A stretch of 22,563 bases of DNA from a virus. Taxonomy: Duplodnaviria > Heunggongvirae > Uroviricota > Caudoviricetes. The notes beneath the pieces were generated by a model. That model was not told the origin of the DNA. It saw only the letters and a list, made by a program, of their open reading frames with translations, and did not search any database. Numbering within the stretch: the stretch's first letter is position 1; the number at the start of each line of letters is the position of its first letter. Position numbers and translations under genes: made by a program. The stretch lies in IMG/VR virus record IMGVR_UViG_2563366825_000028. One strand, written 5' to 3'. Positions 8,099-15,527 of this stretch are shown here, in pieces.

Positions 8099-8425
8099 AT
8101 GACTAAAAATACTCGTTTTTCCCCCGAAGTCCGTCAGCGGGCGATTCGTATGGTTCTGGAAAGTCAGGATGAATATGACTCACAGTGGGCGGCAATTTGT
8201 TCCATTGCCCCAAAGATTGGCTGTACGCCGGAGACTCTGCGTGTCTGGGTTCGCCAGCATGAGCGGGATACCGGGGGCGGTGATGGTGGGCTCACCAGCG
8301 CTGAACGTCAGCGTCTGAAAGAGCTGGAACGTGAAAATCGTGAACTGCGCCGCAGTAACGATATCCTTCGCCAGGCTTCCGCTTATTTTGCGAAGGCGGA
8401 GTTCGACCGCCTCTGGAAAAAATGA
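8099..8425 (+). CDS. IS3-family transposase OrfA (HTH / leucine-zipper part)
   Basis: 108 aa, [65 protein letters not shown], matching IS629/IS1203 OrfA as I recall it. The A6 run 8417-8422 at the orfA/orfB overlap is a possible -1 frameshift slippery site. Confidence 0.9.
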   Translation: MTKNTRFSPEVRQRAIRMVLESQDEYDSQWAAICSIAPKIGCTPETLRVWVRQHERDTGGGDGGLTSAERQRLKELERENRELRRSNDILRQASAYFAKAEFDRLWKK

Positions 8426-9312
8426 TGCCACTGCTGGATAAGCTGCGTGAGCAGTACGGGGTCGGACCGGTATGCAGCGAACTGCATATTGCCCCGTCAA
8501 CGTATTACCATTGTCAGCAACAGCGACATCATCCGGATAAACGCAGTGCCCGTGCGCAGCACGATGACTGGCTGAAGAGAGAGATACAGCGCGTATACGA
8601 TGAAAATCATCAGGTGTACGGTGTGCGTAAAGTCTGGCGTCAGTTGTTACGGGAAGGAATCAGGGTGGCCAGATGTACAGTGGCGCGCCTCATGGCGGTT
8701 ATGGGACTTGCCGGTGTTCTCCGGGGTAAAAAGGTCCGCACTACCGTCAGCCGGAAAACCGTTGCCACAGGTGACCGCGTAAACCGTCAGTTCGTGGCAG
8801 AACGTCCTGACCAGCTGTGGGTGGCTGATTTTACTTACGTCAGCACATGGCAGGGCTTCGTCTATGTGGCGTTTATCATTGATGTGTTTGCCGGATACAT
8901 CGTGGGGTGGCGGGTCTCATCGTCTATGGAAACGACATTCGTGCTGGATGCGCTGGAGCAGGCGTTGTGGGCCCGTCGTCCGTCTGGCACCATCCATCAC
9001 AGCGATAAAGGCTCTCAGTATGTGTCACTGGCCTATACGGAGCGACTAAAAGAAGTCGGATTACTGGCATCAACAGGGAGTACAGGCGACTCGTATGACA
9101 ACGCGATGGCTGAGAGCATCAATGGTCTTTACAAAGCGGAGGTAATACACCGTAAGAGCTGGAAAAACCGTGCAGAAGTGGAACTGGCCACACTAACGTG
9201 GGTGGACTGGTATAACAATCGACGATTGCTGGGAAGGCTGGGCCATACTCCTCCGGCAGAAGCAGAAAAAGCTTATTATGCTTCCATCGGAAACAATGAT
9301 CTGGCAGCCTGA
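8422..9312 (+). CDS. IS3-family transposase OrfB (DDE integrase-core catalytic domain)
   Basis: 296 aa with rve-type motifs ([59 protein letters not shown]). The ATG overlaps the orfA stop (ATGA). Confidence 0.9.
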   Translation: MMPLLDKLREQYGVGPVCSELHIAPSTYYHCQQQRHHPDKRSARAQHDDWLKREIQRVYDENHQVYGVRKVWRQLLREGIRVARCTVARLMAVMGLAGVLRGKKVRTTVSRKTVATGDRVNRQFVAERPDQLWVADFTYVSTWQGFVYVAFIIDVFAGYIVGWRVSSSMETTFVLDALEQALWARRPSGTIHHSDKGSQYVSLAYTERLKEVGLLASTGSTGDSYDNAMAESINGLYKAEVIHRKSWKNRAEVELATLTWVDWYNNRRLLGRLGHTPPAEAEKAYYASIGNNDLAA

Positions 9313-9354
9313 GTTCACAGATAAAACACTCTCCAGGAAACCCGGGGCGGTTCA

Positions 9355-9509
9355 ATAAATCTCCAGTCCGTTCTGCTTATCTTCGATTCATGACAGCCAA
9401 TCATCTTTGCCAGACCGCGCTGGGTAAGCGTTGACAGGTTGATAAGTAAATCTGTTTCTGCGCGATCAACGTCGCGCTGTGATAGTTTGCTGTAACTTGT
9501 TTGTTCCAT
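9355..9509 (-). pseudogene. cII: cII-like transcriptional activator gene, truncated at its 3' end by the IS
   Basis: The first 52 codons (MEQTSYSKLSQRDVDRAETDLLINLSTLTQRGLAKMIGCHESKISRTDWRFI) run into the IS right end. The HTH segment with ...ESKISRTDWRFI parallels lambda CII ...KSQISRWKRDWIP (from memory). The rest of the track ORF 9315..9509 is read-through into IS sequence. Confidence 0.7.
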
Positions 9510-9594
9510 TTCTTAAGATTTCCAATAGTGAATAGTTAGTTGAAAGGTATGCGTGGAAACGCATATGGCCTTAGTTGGTCAGATATCTTGGGAC

Positions 9595-9640
9595 TCGCTT
9601 TTCAGCGACGTAGGACGAATGTCCGTTGTTACAAAGAGCG
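9595..9640 (-). promoter_or_regulatory. nutR-like N-utilisation site (boxA + boxB), between cro and cII
   Basis: Read on the minus strand: boxA CGCTCTTTGTAACAA (9640..9626), a 17-nt spacer, then boxB hairpin UCGCU-GAAA-AGCGA (9608..9595). The boxB core GCUGAAAAGC is shared with the nutL candidate. Confidence 0.5.
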
Positions 9641-9648
9641 GGTACTGC

Positions 9649-9867
9649 TTAGGCGGCTTTGTTACTGGATGGAGGGAAAACATCATCCAAAGAACATTGG
9701 CACCCTAACTTCCTGAGGCCTTCTACGATCTTTCGGCAATCGTTAAGTCTAGGAGTACGGATATTCAGCTCATAGTTGGCGATGCGGGATTGCCCCCAAC
9801 CAATTGCCGAAGCCAGTACAGCTTGCGAAACTCCGATTTTTTTTCGCTGCTGGGCAATTTTGTTCAT
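9649..9867 (-). CDS. cro: Cro-like repressor (XRE-family HTH), divergent from cI
   Basis: 72 aa from ATG 9867 (GGGAGA RBS), MNKIAQQRKKIGVSQAVLASAIGWGQSRIANYE... The track ORF starts at an upstream GTG inside the operator region. Confidence 0.8.
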   Translation of the reverse strand: MNKIAQQRKKIGVSQAVLASAIGWGQSRIANYELNIRTPRLNDCRKIVEGLRKLGCQCSLDDVFPPSSNKAA

Positions 9868-9897
9868 TGCGGTCTCCCTAGTATTAATCACACACCC

Positions 9898-9970
9898 ATT
9901 ACACACAATTTGTGATTAACAGTCAACCTCAATTCGTGTACAGAGTTCAATCACGTTGCGTGTTACATTT
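9898..9970. promoter_or_regulatory. OR region: divergent pR / pRM promoters with CACA-N3-TGTG operators
   Basis: pR on the minus strand: -35 TTGACT (plus 9926..9921), 17-bp spacer, -10 TGTAAT (plus 9903..9898), with operator CACAATTTGTG (9904-9914) inside the spacer. A second operator CACGTTGCGTG (9952-9962) sits 14 bp from the cI ATG. Candidate pRM -10 is TACATT (9964-9969), which would give a leaderless or near-leaderless cI mRNA. Confidence 0.65.
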
Positions 9971-9975
9971 AAAGG

Positions 9976-10623
9976 ATGAAAACGATGCATGAAATTATCG
10001 GGGAAAGGATCAAGTCCCTTAGAGAAGCTAAAGGACTTAGCCAGGCTCAATTGGCCAAGCTTTGCGGCTGGGCTGCGCCTTCACGCCTGGGGAACTACGA
10101 GTTAGGAACAAGAAAGGTTAGCGCGGATGACGCGCTGGTTCTTGGGGCGGCACTCGGCGTATCTCCGGCAAAAATAATGTTTGGCGAGGATTCAGACGCT
10201 GTATTTCGCCAATATGAGTACCCGTTATTTTCTTCAGTGCAGGCCGGGCCGTTTTCGGAGGTTGGAAGCTACACAGCAAGCGATGCAAAGGCATGGGTCC
10301 CAACGACCACAAAAGCCAGCGAAAAAGCTTTCTGGCTTGAGGTGAAAGGCCATTCTATGACTGCGCCACAGGGCGTAAGGCCGAGTTTTCCTGAGGGTAT
10401 GCTGATACTCGTTGATCCGGCCGAGCCGGTAGAGTCTGGGGATTTCTGCGTGGCTTCTGCAAATGGTGATTCAGAGGCAACGTTCAAGAAGTATGAGAAG
10501 GATGCAGGGGTTAGTTACTTGGTTCCATTGAATCCGGCATACAGAACCCTGGACTGCGATCACACATGCCGCATCATAGGCAAGGTAGTTAAGGCTCAGT
10601 GGCCTGAAGAGACGTTTGGATGA
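9976..10623 (+). CDS. cI: CI-like prophage repressor (HTH domain + LexA-like S24 autopeptidase domain)
   Basis: 215 aa with an N-terminal HTH ([24 protein letters not shown]). The C-terminal domain is very like lambda CI: cleavage-site region [10 protein letters not shown], catalytic Ser in [21 protein letters not shown], and the end ...[17 protein letters not shown] 9985 is an alternative start. Confidence 0.9.
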   Translation: MKTMHEIIGERIKSLREAKGLSQAQLAKLCGWAAPSRLGNYELGTRKVSADDALVLGAALGVSPAKIMFGEDSDAVFRQYEYPLFSSVQAGPFSEVGSYTASDAKAWVPTTTKASEKAFWLEVKGHSMTAPQGVRPSFPEGMLILVDPAEPVESGDFCVASANGDSEATFKKYEKDAGVSYLVPLNPAYRTLDCDHTCRIIGKVVKAQWPEETFG

Positions 10624-10673
10624 TGGATGGTCGCAGAGATGCTCGTAGAGCATACAGCGATGCAGGAGAATTT

Positions 10674-11108
10674 ATGGCACTTAATTTAGAAAGAATATCT
10701 TTTATAACCCCATTTGATAGCAGCGAAGAACCCAACCAACCGACGCTTAATTTTACATGCAATGAATTTCCTGCGCGGCTATCGATTGATTTCAGGGTTG
10801 GTATGATCGGGTTGAAACCAAATTCAAGATATAATTTGGGTATTATGGTAATCCCCGCGCACCTAATTATAAAAAAAGGTGAGGAAATTCAATTCCCTGA
10901 CGGCTCTTCGGAATCAGTTTCACTTTTCATCGATACGAAAGATAGCCATTTTGAAACAGGGGTTGGCGGACAGGTAATAGTAACATTGAAAGAAATTAGG
11001 GTCCCAGCTAAAGGGCTGTATAGTGTTATAGGGATATTGCAAGATAATGAAGACCCTAAAAATGAACTTCATAAAAATGAATCATTTTTCACCGTAGAGC
11101 TATTATGA
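10674..11108 (+). CDS. Hypothetical soluble protein A (144 aa) of the cI-linked cassette
   Basis: ATG 10674 with AGGAG 5 nt upstream, MALNLERISFITPFDSSEEPNQPTLNFTCNEFPARLSIDFRVGMIGLKPNSRY... Sequence becomes AT-rich from about 10670. No family recognised. Its stop overlaps the start of B (ATGA at 11105-11108). The track ORF begins at 10620, overlapping the cI stop. Confidence 0.7.
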   Translation: MALNLERISFITPFDSSEEPNQPTLNFTCNEFPARLSIDFRVGMIGLKPNSRYNLGIMVIPAHLIIKKGEEIQFPDGSSESVSLFIDTKDSHFETGVGGQVIVTLKEIRVPAKGLYSVIGILQDNEDPKNELHKNESFFTVELL

Positions 11109-11725
11109 GTGACGACAGTAATTTAAATAATCATGGAAAGCAAGACACCAACATATCTGAAAGCCGGAGGTTGAAGGTTGTTGGCGGTTCCGATTTTGAG
11201 GCTGAATTTGATAATTCTCCCACCAAGGTGCAAAATAATTACATAAAACCGCCACAAACGGAGGAAGAAGTGGGAACGATCAGCAGAGAGGAACTTGATG
11301 CTCGCTTAGCTGCTAATAAAGCAGAGATGGAGTCTATTGCTTCTTCCATTAGGACTGACATGGCTCTATCTCGTGAAAGCGTTAATGTCCAATTTGCATC
11401 ACTTAATGCAGCCATAAGCTCTCTATCGTCCAAGATCGATGGAAAGATGGATAGCGCTGCTGGCGATATAAAAGCAATTAATGGGAGATTCGAAGGAATT
11501 CAAGGACAAATAACAGGGGTTAATACCGCAATTAGTGGTGTTCAGTCGGGTATTTCTATACGATTAGCCATTTTTAGTGTCATTATCGCTGTAATAGTTG
11601 CGATTCCCGGGCTGGTATCAGCTTTAAAGTCAGACCACGCACCTTTGCAACAGCCTTCCACTTTGCAAGCGCCGCCACAAAATACCCAGCCAACAGACAA
11701 CAAAAAAATCACTCCCCAGCATTAA
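11105..11725 (+). CDS. Hypothetical tail-anchored coiled-coil membrane protein B (206 aa) of the cI-linked cassette
   Basis: Polar N-terminus, then a long Ala/Ser/Gly/Ile-rich repetitive segment (ASLNAAISSLSSKIDGKMDSAAGDIKAINGRFEGIQGQITGVNTAISGVQSG), one hydrophobic helix ISIRLAIFSVIIAVIVAIPGLVSAL, and a Pro/Gln-rich tail. Followed directly by an intrinsic terminator. Confidence 0.75.
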   Translation: MSDDSNLNNHGKQDTNISESRRLKVVGGSDFEAEFDNSPTKVQNNYIKPPQTEEEVGTISREELDARLAANKAEMESIASSIRTDMALSRESVNVQFASLNAAISSLSSKIDGKMDSAAGDIKAINGRFEGIQGQITGVNTAISGVQSGISIRLAIFSVIIAVIVAIPGLVSALKSDHAPLQQPSTLQAPPQNTQPTDNKKITPQH

Positions 11726-11733
11726 CGCATTAA

Positions 11734-11757
11734 CCCGGCCTCAGCGCCGGGTTTTTT
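11734..11757 (+). terminator. Rho-independent terminator closing the cI-A-B transcription unit
   Basis: CCCGGC (11734-11739), loop CTCAGC, GCCGGG (11746-11751), then TTTTTT (11752-11757). Confidence 0.75.
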
Positions 11758-11994
11758 GTTGCCTGCACATAACTATCAGGACAGCACCTGCCAGCCAGCC
11801 CAAGCCTCTGATTAAATTACTATAATTCTTAATACAACTCCCATATCCCGCCATCTCGTCACCACCTACTTCGCTCGTTTTTCGAACTTTTCAGCACACC
11901 ATCCTGCTGTTTCCCCCGCCTTAAGTAAGCAAACCCATCGCGGGGAAAACTATTTACACAAAAAAATCATACACATAACGTGTCACACCCTTAT

Positions 11995-12042
11995 TTTACA
12001 CATTTTGTGATTGACCATTAAATCACAATATGTGACTATTAT
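11995..12042 (+). promoter_or_regulatory. OL / pL region: CACA-N3-TGTG operators overlapping the early-left promoter
   Basis: Operators CACATTTTGTG (11999-12009) and TCACAATATGTGA (12023-12035). TTGACC (12011-12016) followed by an operator in the spacer mirrors the pR layout (TTGACT + operator + TGTAAT); -10 candidates are GACTAT and TATTAT (12034-12042). An alternative pair is -35 TTTACA (11995-12000) with -10 TTAAAT (12018-12023). Confidence 0.55.
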
Positions 12043-12086
12043 TTCCATCAGCAGGACGCTGGTAGCCAAACGGAAAAGATTGGCAG

Positions 12087-12132
12087 GCTCTTTAAACAAC
12101 GTCGAACACTCGACTACGTGGCTGAAAAGCCA
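12087..12132 (+). promoter_or_regulatory. nutL-like site (boxA + boxB) upstream of N
   Basis: boxA GCTCTTTAAACAA (12087-12099) is close to the rrn/lambda boxA consensus. A 19-nt spacer precedes the boxB hairpin UGGCU-GAAA-AGCCA (12119-12132). Its boxB core and boxA-boxB spacing match the nutR candidate. Confidence 0.6.
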
Positions 12133-12230
12133 GATCACCCAACCACATAAGCTGTGGGATGCAATGCCGAAGCAACCGTCTCAGGAGGAGCTTCGAGATT
12201 GCATCGCCAAAGTTTATTCGGGAGGAATCT

Positions 12231-12503
12231 ATGTCCAGAAAAACAGAATTTAAAGGCACCGCAGCTTCTCGCCGTAGAGCTCGTCGCGCAAACCTGCAAA
12301 GTCAGGAGTCGATTAGCTCCGACAAGCTACACAGGCCAACCCCTTCACGAGTGGTCTTGCAATGCAAGCGCAAACCAGCAATGAGAGCAGAAGTTATAAC
12401 TCTGACAACGTTGACCAGAAAATATGAAGGTTCAACTTGTCTTCCAAACGTAGCCATTTACGCTGCAGGCTACCGTAAATCCAAACAACTGACAGCAAGA
12501 TGA
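12231..12503 (+). CDS. N: N-type transcription antiterminator (P22 gp24 / phage 21 N-like)
   Basis: 90 aa from ATG 12231 (GGAGG 5 nt upstream). Arginine-rich motif GTAASRRRARRANLQ near the N-terminus; C-terminus LPNVAIYAAGYRKSKQLTAR matches the P22 gp24 end LPGVALYAAGHRKSKQITAR (from memory). An in-frame upstream ATG at 12159 has a poor RBS. Confidence 0.8.
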   Translation: MSRKTEFKGTAASRRRARRANLQSQESISSDKLHRPTPSRVVLQCKRKPAMRAEVITLTTLTRKYEGSTCLPNVAIYAAGYRKSKQLTAR

Positions 12504-12564
12504 CTTGTGTTGGTCGCCAGAAAATGAAATTAGGCAGCAAACCACTTATTTGAGAGGAATTAAT

Positions 12565-13188
12565 ATGTCATCAATCCGCTTAACTACGAGAATGAAAGAG
12601 GAAATCGCTCGTAACGCTTTAATTAAGTCCGGGGTGTTCACTGAACTTGAAGAAGTAACAAAGTTAAAGAACCAGCTTGCACTTGACGCCAGAGTTATTG
12701 CGTTTGGCGGGAAAAAGAAAACCGAAGAAGTGGACCAGCTGGCATCAAAGTTAATGGCTGCAAGTGAGGAACTTCAAAAGCTGGGATGTTCATTTTACTC
12801 ATGCGATGTCAGTTCATGTTCGATTTATCTGACTGTATCTGGAAGAAGGGTTGGCTGGCATTCATACGGAAAAGACGGCAACGGTGAAGATATATTGCTC
12901 CCTACCCCCGACAAAGATAAATGCATGTTTGACGCAGAACACAAAATAACAAAAAGGTTTGATGAAATCTGCGCATTGCAACAAAAACTTGAAGCCAGGA
13001 AAAAGGATATAGAATCAAACGTATGGGCTGCTTTGAACTCAGTCACAACAGTTAAGCGACTTATTGAAGTTTGGCCTGAAAGCAAAGAGTTGCTACCAAA
13101 AGAAGCAGATAAAGCAAGTGCAGCACTTCCTGCTTTACGGGTAGAAGATTTGAATAAGATGATTGGACTTCCTTCCGAGGCCGCATAA
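12565..13188 (+). CDS. Hypothetical protein (207 aa), AT-rich accessory gene in the N-cIII interval
   Basis: ATG 12565 with GAGAGGAA RBS. No TM segments and no family recognised. Occupies the position where lambda carries ral/sieB-type accessory genes. Confidence 0.7.
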   Translation: MSSIRLTTRMKEEIARNALIKSGVFTELEEVTKLKNQLALDARVIAFGGKKKTEEVDQLASKLMAASEELQKLGCSFYSCDVSSCSIYLTVSGRRVGWHSYGKDGNGEDILLPTPDKDKCMFDAEHKITKRFDEICALQQKLEARKKDIESNVWAALNSVTTVKRLIEVWPESKELLPKEADKASAALPALRVEDLNKMIGLPSEAA

Positions 13189-13203
13189 TCGGCCTTTATT
13201 TTT
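13179..13203 (+). terminator. Weak candidate intrinsic terminator at the end of the 12565-13188 gene
   Basis: GGCCG (13179-13183), loop CATAAT containing the stop codon, CGGCC (13190-13194), then TTTATTTTT. Confidence 0.4.
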
Positions 13204-13322
13204 GGCATAAACAACAGAATAAACACTGCACTGTGTATTCATTCCAACGAGTGAATACACGGAGCAATGTCGCTCGTAACTAAACAGGAGCCGACTTGTT
13301 CTGATTATTGGAAATCTTCTTT

Positions 13323-13346
13323 GCCCTCCAATGTGAGGGCTTTTTT
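13323..13346 (+). terminator. Rho-independent terminator (tL-like) upstream of cIII
   Basis: GCCCTC (13323-13328), loop CAATGT, GAGGGC (13335-13340), then TTTTTT (13341-13346). Confidence 0.7.
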
Positions 13347-13412
13347 ATATGCATACCAATAACGCTTCACTAGAGGCGTTTTCGTTATGTGTAAATAAAT
13401 AAGGAGCACACC

Positions 13413-13553
13413 ATGCAATATGCCATTGCAGGGTGGCCTGTTGCTGGCTGCCCTTCCGAATCTTTACTTGAACGAATCACCCGTAAATTACGTGACGGAT
13501 GGAAACGCCTTATCGACATACTTAATCAGCCAGGAGTTCCCAAAAATGGATAA
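13413..13553 (+). CDS. cIII: CIII-like FtsH (HflB) protease inhibitor (46 aa)
   Basis: AAGGAG RBS 6 nt upstream. [46 protein letters not shown] is essentially the lambda CIII sequence as I recall it, including the central amphipathic helix. Below the ORF-track size cut-off. Confidence 0.85.
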   Translation: MQYAIAGWPVAGCPSESLLERITRKLRDGWKRLIDILNQPGVPKNG

Positions 13554-13689
13554 AACACTTATGGCTATCCAGACTAAATTCACTATCGCCACTTTTATTG
13601 GTGATGAAAAGATGTTTCGTGAAGCCGTCGACGCTTATAAAAAATGGATATTAATACTGAAACTGAGATCAAGCAAAAGCATTCACTAA
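13546..13689 (+). CDS. kil: Kil-like host cell-division inhibitor (47 aa)
   Basis: ATG overlaps the cIII 3' end. [47 protein letters not shown]; position between cIII and gam and the overlap with the gam 5' region match the lambda kil arrangement (from memory). Confidence 0.7.
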   Translation: MDKTLMAIQTKFTIATFIGDEKMFREAVDAYKKWILILKLRSSKSIH

Positions 13690-13762
13690 CCCCTTTCCTG
13701 TTTTCCTAATCAGCCCGGCATTTCGCGGGCGATATTTTCACAGCTATTTCAGGAGTTCAGCC

Positions 13763-14059
13763 ATGAACGCTTATTACATTCAGGATCGTCTTGAGGCTCA
13801 GAGCTGGGCGCGTCACTACCAGCAGATCGCCCGTGAAGAGAAAGAGGCAGAACTGGCAGACGACATGGAAAAAGGCCTGCCCCAGCACCTGTTTGAATCG
13901 CTATGCATCGATCATTTGCAACGCCACGGGGCCAGCAAAAAAGCCATTATCCGTGCGTTTGATGACGATGTTGAGTTTCAGGAGCGCATGGCAGAACACA
14001 TCCGGTACATGGTTGAAACCATTGCTCACCATCAGGTTGATATTGATTCAGAGGTATAA
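13763..14059 (+). CDS. gam: Gam host-nuclease (RecBCD) inhibitor, short GamS form (98 aa)
   Basis: [56 protein letters not shown]... is near-identical to lambda GamS as I recall it. AGGAG RBS 7 nt upstream. Confidence 0.95.
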   Translation: MNAYYIQDRLEAQSWARHYQQIAREEKEAELADDMEKGLPQHLFESLCIDHLQRHGASKKAIIRAFDDDVEFQERMAEHIRYMVETIAHHQVDIDSEV

Positions 14060-14064
14060 AACGG

Positions 14065-14850
14065 ATGAGTACAGCACTCGCAACGCTGGCAGGGAAGCTG
14101 GCTGAACGTGTCGGCATGGATTCTGTCGACCCACAGGAACTGATCACCACTCTTCGCCAGACGGCATTTAAAGGCGATGCCAGCGATGCGCAGTTCATCG
14201 CATTGTTGATCGTCGCCAACCAGTACGGCCTTAATCCGTGGACGAAAGAAATTTACGCCTTCCCTGATAAGCAGAACGGCATCGTTCCGGTGGTGGGCGT
14301 TGATGGCTGGTCCCGCATCATCAATGAAAACCAGCAGTTTGATGGCATGGACTTTGAGCAGGACAATGAATCCTGTACATGCCGGATTTACCGCAAGGAC
14401 CGTAATCATCCGATCTGCGTTACCGAATGGATGGATGAATGCCGCCGCGAACCATTCAAAACCCGCGAAGGCAGAGAAATCACCGGACCGTGGCAGTCGC
14501 ATCCCAAACGGATGTTACGGCATAAAGCCATGATTCAGTGTGCCCGTCTGGCCTTCGGATTTGCTGGTATCTATGACAAGGATGAAGCCGAGCGCATTGT
14601 CGAAAATACTGCATACACTGCAGAACGTCAGCCAGAACGCGACATCACTCCGGTTAACGATGAAACCATGCAGGAGATTAACACTCTGCTGATCGCCCTG
14701 GATAAAACATGGGATGACGACTTATTGCCGCTCTGTTCCCAGATATTTCGCCGCGACATTCGCGCATCGTCAGAACTGACACAGGCCGAAGCAGTGAAAG
14801 CTCTTGGATTCCTGAAACAGAAAGCCACTGAGCAGAAGGTGGCAGCATGA
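14065..14850 (+). CDS. bet: Bet (Red-beta) single-strand annealing recombinase
   Basis: 261 aa beginning [66 protein letters not shown], near-identical to lambda Bet (from memory). Confidence 0.97.
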   Translation: MSTALATLAGKLAERVGMDSVDPQELITTLRQTAFKGDASDAQFIALLIVANQYGLNPWTKEIYAFPDKQNGIVPVVGVDGWSRIINENQQFDGMDFEQDNESCTCRIYRKDRNHPICVTEWMDECRREPFKTREGREITGPWQSHPKRMLRHKAMIQCARLAFGFAGIYDKDEAERIVENTAYTAERQPERDITPVNDETMQEINTLLIALDKTWDDDLLPLCSQIFRRDIRASSELTQAEAVKALGFLKQKATEQKVAA

Positions 14851-15527
14851 CACCGGACATTATCCTGCAGCGTACCGGGATCGACGTGAGAGCTGTCGAA
14901 CAGGGGGATGATGCATGGCACAAATTACGGCTCGGCGTCATCACCGCTTCAGAAGTTCACAACGTGATAGCAAAGCCCCGCTCAGGAAAGAAGTGGCCTG
15001 ACATGAAAATGTCCTACTTCCACACCCTGCTGGCTGAGGTTTGCACCGGTGTGGCTCCGGAAGTTAATGCTAAGGCGCTGGCCTGGGGAAAACAGTACGA
15101 GAACGACGCCAGAACCCTGTTTGAATTCACTTCCGGCGTGAATGTTACTGAATCCCCGATCATCTATCGCGACGAAAGTATGCGCACAGCCTGCTCTCCC
15201 GATGGTTTATGCAGTGACGGCAATGGCCTTGAGCTGAAATGCCCGTTTACCTCCAGGGATTTCATGAAGTTCCGGCTCGGTGGTTTCGAGGCCATAAAGT
15301 CGGCTTACATGGCCCAGGTGCAGTACAGCATGTGGGTGACGCGAAAAGATGCCTGGTACTTTGCCAACTATGACCCGCGTATGAAGCGTGAAGGCCTGCA
15401 TTATGTCGTGATTGAGCGGAATGAAAAGTACATGGCGAATTTTGACGAGATGGTGCCGGAGTTCATCGAAAAAATGGACGAGGCACTGGCTGAAATTGGT
15501 TTTGTATATGGGGAGCAATGGCAATGA
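14847..15527 (+). CDS. exo: Exo (Red-alpha) 5'-3' dsDNA exonuclease
   Basis: 226 aa beginning [65 protein letters not shown], near-identical to lambda Exo (from memory). Start overlaps the bet stop. Confidence 0.97.
   Translation: MTPDIILQRTGIDVRAVEQGDDAWHKLRLGVITASEVHNVIAKPRSGKKWPDMKMSYFHTLLAEVCTGVAPEVNAKALAWGKQYENDARTLFEFTSGVNVTESPIIYRDESMRTACSPDGLCSDGNGLELKCPFTSRDFMKFRLGGFEAIKSAYMAQVQYSMWVTRKDAWYFANYDPRMKREGLHYVVIERNEKYMANFDEMVPEFIEKMDEALAEIGFVYGEQWQ

Larger units (their letters stand above)
8044..9354 (+). mobile_element. IS3-family insertion sequence, IS629-like (1311 bp)
   Basis: Terminal inverted repeats begin TGAACCGCCCCGG at both ends (left 8044.., right end ...CCGGGGCGGTTCA 9354), giving the IS3-family TG...CA termini. 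Carries overlapping orfA/orfB. Flanks are ...gccac | IS | ataaat..., with no 3-4 bp direct repeat. Confidence 0.9.

Noticed and set aside
8040-9358. Target-site duplication flanking the IS
   Set aside because: Looked for 3-4 bp direct repeats at the IS ends; the flanks are cac/ccac on the left and ata/ataa on the right, so none is present. Treated as evidence of rearrangement rather than reported as a TSD.
12101-12114. Hairpin GTCGA-ACAC-TCGAC as nutL boxB
   Set aside because: It has no counterpart at nutR. The GCUGAAAAGC hairpin (12119-12132) matches the nutR hairpin in sequence and spacing, so that is taken as boxB.
12011-12253. 80-aa ORF starting at TTG inside OL/pL
   Set aside because: Start lies within the operator/promoter and the ORF spans nutL. 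The real gene is N, starting at ATG 12231 with a strong RBS in a different frame.
13644-13709. 21-codon ORF starting with the GamL-like [10 protein letters not shown]
   Set aside because: Not annotated as a CDS: it is out of frame with gam and terminates after 21 codons. Reported as a finding instead.
14032-14502. 156-aa minus-strand ORF
   Set aside because: Antisense to bet, which is near-identical to lambda Bet.
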